Below are positions 61,001-64,000 of a DNA stretch of 64,000 nt, piece by piece. The notes beneath the pieces were generated by a model. That model was given only the letters and a program-made list of their open reading frames with translations. It was not told the origin of the DNA and did no database searches. The stretch is from Giardia intestinalis (taxonomy: Eukaryota), in NCBI GenBank assembly GCA_000002435.2, contig CM018791.1, one strand, 5' to 3'. Within the stretch, counting starts at the first letter, position 1; each line of letters starts with the position of its first letter. The position numbers and the translations under genes are program-made.

Positions 61001-64000
61001 AGAGTCCCTCATGCTAAACTTTTCGGACCTTGCCTTTGAGCAGATGACCAGGAAGGTGAAAGCATACTGCAACTTAACGGGGATTTCACGGGACTCTCTC
61101 GCTGCAGATATTGCGTTTGAATTTCAGTGCCAAGCTCTTGAAGAAAATAGGCTCCTACTTCGTAAGGTACAGAAGAAATTTGAGATTCTTCTCTTTAAAC
61201 TACTATACACCTACGTAATGGAGGACATTTACCCCCAATGGTCCGTCTTTATCCTCCTCCTCTTTCATGGAGCTGACCGGGACATGCGCTACATTGCTCA
61301 ATCCAAGGCCCTAACCTCGTTTAGCCACGTTCTAAATACTTCGCGGTTTAATGACGAGTACATGGGCATTCTTAAAAAGGCGCACGATCTGAACATCACA
61401 ATGGGGTACGCAAAGCTTTACACTGACGTTGAGAAGCTTGACAGCCTATCTATGAGCTCTCTTGGCGGATTTGTGGCTCCTAACTGTACAGCTGACTTCA
61501 CGCAGAACTCCCCACTGGCCATTCAATTGAATAGAACACTTGCAGACGCAATGATGAAAAATATCAGTCTTATCAGTGATATAAATAGAACCAATGGCAA
61601 AGCACCTCAAGCAATGGTACTTGACGCACGTGGAGCTAACGCTCACTCTACTATCTGTTCAACACATCCCACGGCAGTTGTGCAAGATGTTCCTGAAACA
61701 ACCACAGGTGATGCTTACCTCTTCACGTCTGCAGATGTCCTCACCATTTCTGTCCAGCGAATCCAGAACATCACAGAGATGCATGACTTTATCTACTCTC
61801 AACCTACTCAGTGGTACTTCTCTGAGAGAATTATAACAGACATTAGGTACCTAAACAAAGAAGAGGAAGTTCAGTTCTCGTTGGCTGAGTCACGGATGAA
61901 GGAAATTATCTCTTTATTTGCCAATACCGAATGCGTACTCTCTGCCGTTAGAAATCAACGCGGGCTTTTGACTAATCTACTCTTCACGCCGTCTCCAAAT
62001 GATATTTTCTCCAGTTTACCTATGTTTGTCTACGACCTTGTGGATTTTTATTCCTCGTGTCCAGTTTTTGCTGACAACCTATTTCCAGAACCAGGATCAT
62101 CAAGCAAGGATCCTGCCACACGCCCCTTTGGTGCCAAGTACAATATACCTACTACAACCGATAATATGAACAACTTTACGTTTGAGGCTATTGCCCGGTT
62201 GGGAAACGACGAGCCCCTCCAAAGGGTTATCCACGAAGTCATCACTACAGACAATAGTCTACCTATACGGAGCGGATCTGATCTCATGGTGACCCTAGGC
62301 AACAACTCATCGTTGCTTGCCGGTATCAGTCGTCGGTCCATGAAGAAGACAAACGCTAAGAAGGACATATTACGGCGTACGTTGCTTAGGAGCACAAGCC
62401 ATCAGGTTTCCTCACGAGCTGCCGTTCGCGCTAGCGGAAGAAGCATCAACTTTGGTTACTCGTCGCAGGAAAGTCCGGGAGAATCTCGACGGCGTGCACG
62501 TAGCAAGCTCACACAGTACAGAACTCGCAATGCCAGCCCACCCACTGTGCCCATTCGCACGTCCCAAGTCGTTCCAGAAGGAGACGTCCCCTTTATGGAC
62601 ATGACGGGGAAATCAGACCTTACTACCGTCGCCAACATCTCTTTTAATATCAAAACTAGAAATACTACATATTCACAGCAGGTCGCATCGTTCTTTGACA
62701 CCCATGGTCGGATTGGAACCTACATGGAGGCAAGAAAGTGTAACCGCTTGCACTATGAGCCACCAACCATCCTCTATAGACTAGCAAATCTCACCAAGCA
62801 TGCAGCACTCAATCTCAAAAACTACTTAGATATGGTTCTTGCTTTCTTGATGCGATATGCTAAAGAGAGTCTCAAATTTGCAGAGCGGCTGTTGAACGCG
62901 CAAGAACTGGTTCCCAGCTTCATAATTGAAAGAAATTGGCAGGTGCAGAGCTTACTGAACAAAACGCAAACTCGCATAAAGGAGTACTATAAAGCAGCGC
63001 GCATGTCGCTCCATGCAACATTCAAAGACAGGCACTGTGAGGAAAAGACGAAGGCCTCTGGGAAGGAGGCTTTACAAGAGCAAAGGCTATTATCAGAGCA
63101 TGCCCACGACCACGGAGCGCCTTCGCTTCCCCCAAGAAGGCCCTCATGTGGTGACAGTACGACTGAGCCAAACAGTATATTCGGTGACACCTTTATAGAC
63201 AGAGAGCTTCCGTTCGTTTATGAAGCTGAGCTTCTGTCCCAGTTCTTGCGGTCTGATGTCCTTCTAACAGCATTCACGGCTGATTATGTCACTGGCTCAG
63301 CTCCTCCAGAAATTCTTTTGTCCCAGATAATGTCACTAACAAATAAGTCGAGCTACGTTTCCAGAGCACTTCTAGCTGCATATCATTTATACGATGGCTT
63401 CTGGTGCTTAACCGTTATGCCCACAGAGTGCTTTTTCGGAACGCTCAAACTAGACCTTAAGCAAGTACTTGTTCGGCTACGGCATATTTACGAGAACATT
63501 TTCTTGTTAGCAGCGTCGCGTATCGATGATTATATATACTTAGCCTCACGGGTTGCCCAGACATGTGTACAGGCAATGCAGCTCTCCTTTGGCTCCGCCA
63601 AGTTTTCTACTCTGGAGGAGATAGGGATGTCCTTTAGCCTCTTTAGGACATTCATGCACAACATTCCTGTCTGGGGTGAATACCTCAGTACCATGCAAGG
63701 TGTGGAGAATCATCTCTCAGAGGTCGCGTACGGAACGAAAATAAGCTCAGTCTATGCAAATTTGCTTCGATATCGCATCCAGGTGTCTAGGATGCTCTTT
63801 GCCAATCAAGGATTACTCCCCAAGATAGGCAGCTCTCTGCACACTGTGCATCACATAGCCAGAGGTGTAATTAGTCAGATTGAGAGCTGGGTCTATTCTG
63901 CCTCTGAATCCATTTTCCCACGAATCGTTGAGATGCTCTCACTCACGGCACACGACAAATTAAACTGCAACAGAAACGTCTCTGACTTCAGGCGACGCTT
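58080..64000 (+). CDS. Giant hypothetical protein, paralogue B (3'-partial; about 1,970 or more codons inside the window). It is NOT in the supplied ORF track.
   Basis: I translated this frame by hand from an ATG at about 58080 (MAELMNLAPSATVDPKEV...) to the window end and found no stop. It is missing from the track because it has no in-window stop. The other two + frames in this region hold only short track ORFs (59186..59377, 61594..61836, 63013..63198). Four blocks are collinear with paralogue A: YLILTPELL...FIPKISDYL against YLTLTPDLL...FYPKVSPDIL; KLSVYLANCFILLYEVLFPFIQESL against KLDFYLTNSFILLFEILIPYIQETL; MFVYDLVDFYSSCP against CFIFDLVDFYSATP; VMPTECFFGTLKLDLKQVL...ASRIDDYIYLA against ALPPVCFYGTIKIDYSNYL...LNRLDDYCRLI. 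Start is accurate to +/-1-2 nt. Confidence 0.7.
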   Translation, partial: MAELMNLAPSATVDPKEVRANFVLEQILEQNLEVCSGKGYMKPGITEHADQWHEVDIVGVSNDAFRVLFPQLEMFRQAKIHNIIIEGLQVKQTPLTLDTDMEGTVESSGISLDCLTGDDLMELFKLSFRSEDKTFFRSPTGVYHIRNDKAVSAFLESRKRDREAVLAASRTAVESQHFPEHTYPSTLDLSGTDETMDMQLKDLEVTATRATGVNPEDTSDLSVFTITSNPRDELQRSKPHEFQFRQFLKEDTPLISLPTGEPHSYKSNLRGYLEASETEISSSQLQNRQYGATKGYHASVLLSSTANQTNITSALVPATSDRKKDQIPADDSSRLVSESFDILSTLDILERRDKEAVAIASPPKLAHTECAPIINTTNSAYAYAHAHAHESSEKVAFQYIDRNNQVIVRDINEQFLQKFSRIHIYQRMKESFEAALKRLNQLVEEKSTANRPYLDFLSTAYIGHTLFYNLKTRLSEDYCIDCVAEIEERRLRVKNRERDYNLFISTLQAIKDKSEQLQDIRSKSVCGFTTVVTAPPLPILPSIYKEDQKEDKSVAKRATFCAASALEDEASEEYVLTLMQLRQRRERVYDHFENMIAGHKQVRSAAVELCLSAINTSRVKLESLVNPALKRTAQFDGFDALDNLYKSYIDHALRTDFATEIIEQADRDPSHELYWCARQLLRLKHSSYKNYQKYKYPSFCPHRREAFENARTALMENKIFWGASEYKRVFSDLMSTVQEHLQYLILTPELLTHLQDTFIPKISDYLFANMVFQTDIDKDTKALLSRPSTGRVNLQNALQTLPGGASPDKISYASESSVRADNGHQKRPREDPEDRDVNVQATNQTLNPVLKRPVNQELTSGADLPILNAAYKPKNAYEWIQRRYWQIQSNREQDIFRRKEELARRDAEEAAKTASALMTKDFSYKPGGRTQAEEIYEKIFKFPAPGETNFMEKLSVYLANCFILLYEVLFPFIQESLMLNFSDLAFEQMTRKVKAYCNLTGISRDSLAADIAFEFQCQALEENRLLLRKVQKKFEILLFKLLYTYVMEDIYPQWSVFILLLFHGADRDMRYIAQSKALTSFSHVLNTSRFNDEYMGILKKAHDLNITMGYAKLYTDVEKLDSLSMSSLGGFVAPNCTADFTQNSPLAIQLNRTLADAMMKNISLISDINRTNGKAPQAMVLDARGANAHSTICSTHPTAVVQDVPETTTGDAYLFTSADVLTISVQRIQNITEMHDFIYSQPTQWYFSERIITDIRYLNKEEEVQFSLAESRMKEIISLFANTECVLSAVRNQRGLLTNLLFTPSPNDIFSSLPMFVYDLVDFYSSCPVFADNLFPEPGSSSKDPATRPFGAKYNIPTTTDNMNNFTFEAIARLGNDEPLQRVIHEVITTDNSLPIRSGSDLMVTLGNNSSLLAGISRRSMKKTNAKKDILRRTLLRSTSHQVSSRAAVRASGRSINFGYSSQESPGESRRRARSKLTQYRTRNASPPTVPIRTSQVVPEGDVPFMDMTGKSDLTTVANISFNIKTRNTTYSQQVASFFDTHGRIGTYMEARKCNRLHYEPPTILYRLANLTKHAALNLKNYLDMVLAFLMRYAKESLKFAERLLNAQELVPSFIIERNWQVQSLLNKTQTRIKEYYKAARMSLHATFKDRHCEEKTKASGKEALQEQRLLSEHAHDHGAPSLPPRRPSCGDSTTEPNSIFGDTFIDRELPFVYEAELLSQFLRSDVLLTAFTADYVTGSAPPEILLSQIMSLTNKSSYVSRALLAAYHLYDGFWCLTVMPTECFFGTLKLDLKQVLVRLRHIYENIFLLAASRIDDYIYLASRVAQTCVQAMQLSFGSAKFSTLEEIGMSFSLFRTFMHNIPVWGEYLSTMQGVENHLSEVAYGTKISSVYANLLRYRIQVSRMLFANQGLLPKIGSSLHTVHHIARGVISQIESWVYSASESIFPRIVEMLSLTAHDKLNCNRNVSDFRRR
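59217..59246 (+). repeat. Hexanucleotide microsatellite (GCATAC)2(GCACAC)3 inside giant ORF B
   Basis: I read gcatacgcatacgcacacgcacacgcacac directly. In the long ORF frame it encodes AYAYAHAHAH. Unit-number changes would preserve the reading frame. Confidence 0.6.

Noticed and set aside
1-64000. CRISPR arrays, prokaryotic operons or defence systems, rRNA or tRNA genes, transposons
   Set aside because: I found no direct-repeat/spacer architecture, no tRNA-like cloverleaf candidates and no transposase or integrase motifs. The gene content is eukaryotic (kinases, ankyrin proteins, polymerase subunit).

Overview
This window looks eukaryotic, not prokaryotic, and I saw no CRISPR arrays, rRNA or tRNA genes. 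The genes are intron-less and tightly packed on both strands at roughly 50% GC. Three hallmark families of the diplomonad Giardia are present. First, a high-cysteine membrane protein (HCMP) with a signal peptide, many CxxC/CxC/GGCY motifs, a single C-terminal TM helix and a short basic tail (RKKN), not the VSP tail CRGKA. Second, four ankyrin-repeat plus coiled-coil proteins of the 'Protein 21.1' type, with repeats of the form G-x-TALM-x-AA-x-x-GH. Third, two NEK-type protein kinases, one of them with a long ankyrin array. Naming the organism is an inference from these families, not a database result.

Gene order along the window:
- a 5'-truncated giant ORF of more than 6,390 codons (+);
- a doubtful small ORF (+);
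- an Rpb7/Rpc25-family RNA polymerase subunit (+);
- a coiled-coil protein (+);
- a 2.3 kb stretch with no convincing gene, made of an AT-rich island followed by a GC-rich stretch;
- the HCMP (-);
- a 1.5 kb spacer holding a very GC-rich island;
- a NEK-like kinase (-);
- D-aminoacyl-tRNA deacylase (+);
- a 19 kb cluster of five ankyrin-repeat genes (21.1, 21.1, NEK-ankyrin, 21.1, 21.1) in alternating orientation;
- a 2,430-aa hypothetical protein (-);
- a small hypothetical protein (-);
- a second giant ORF (+) that runs off the 3' edge of the window. It is absent from the supplied ORF track, apparently because it has no in-window stop.

The main discovery is that the two giant ORFs at opposite ends of the window are collinear paralogues, about 39 kb apart on the same strand.

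Several track ORFs begin at GTG or TTG. For those I propose the first downstream ATG that has an AT-rich initiator-like upstream context. My hand indexing of positions that are not in the ORF track may be off by 1-2 nt.
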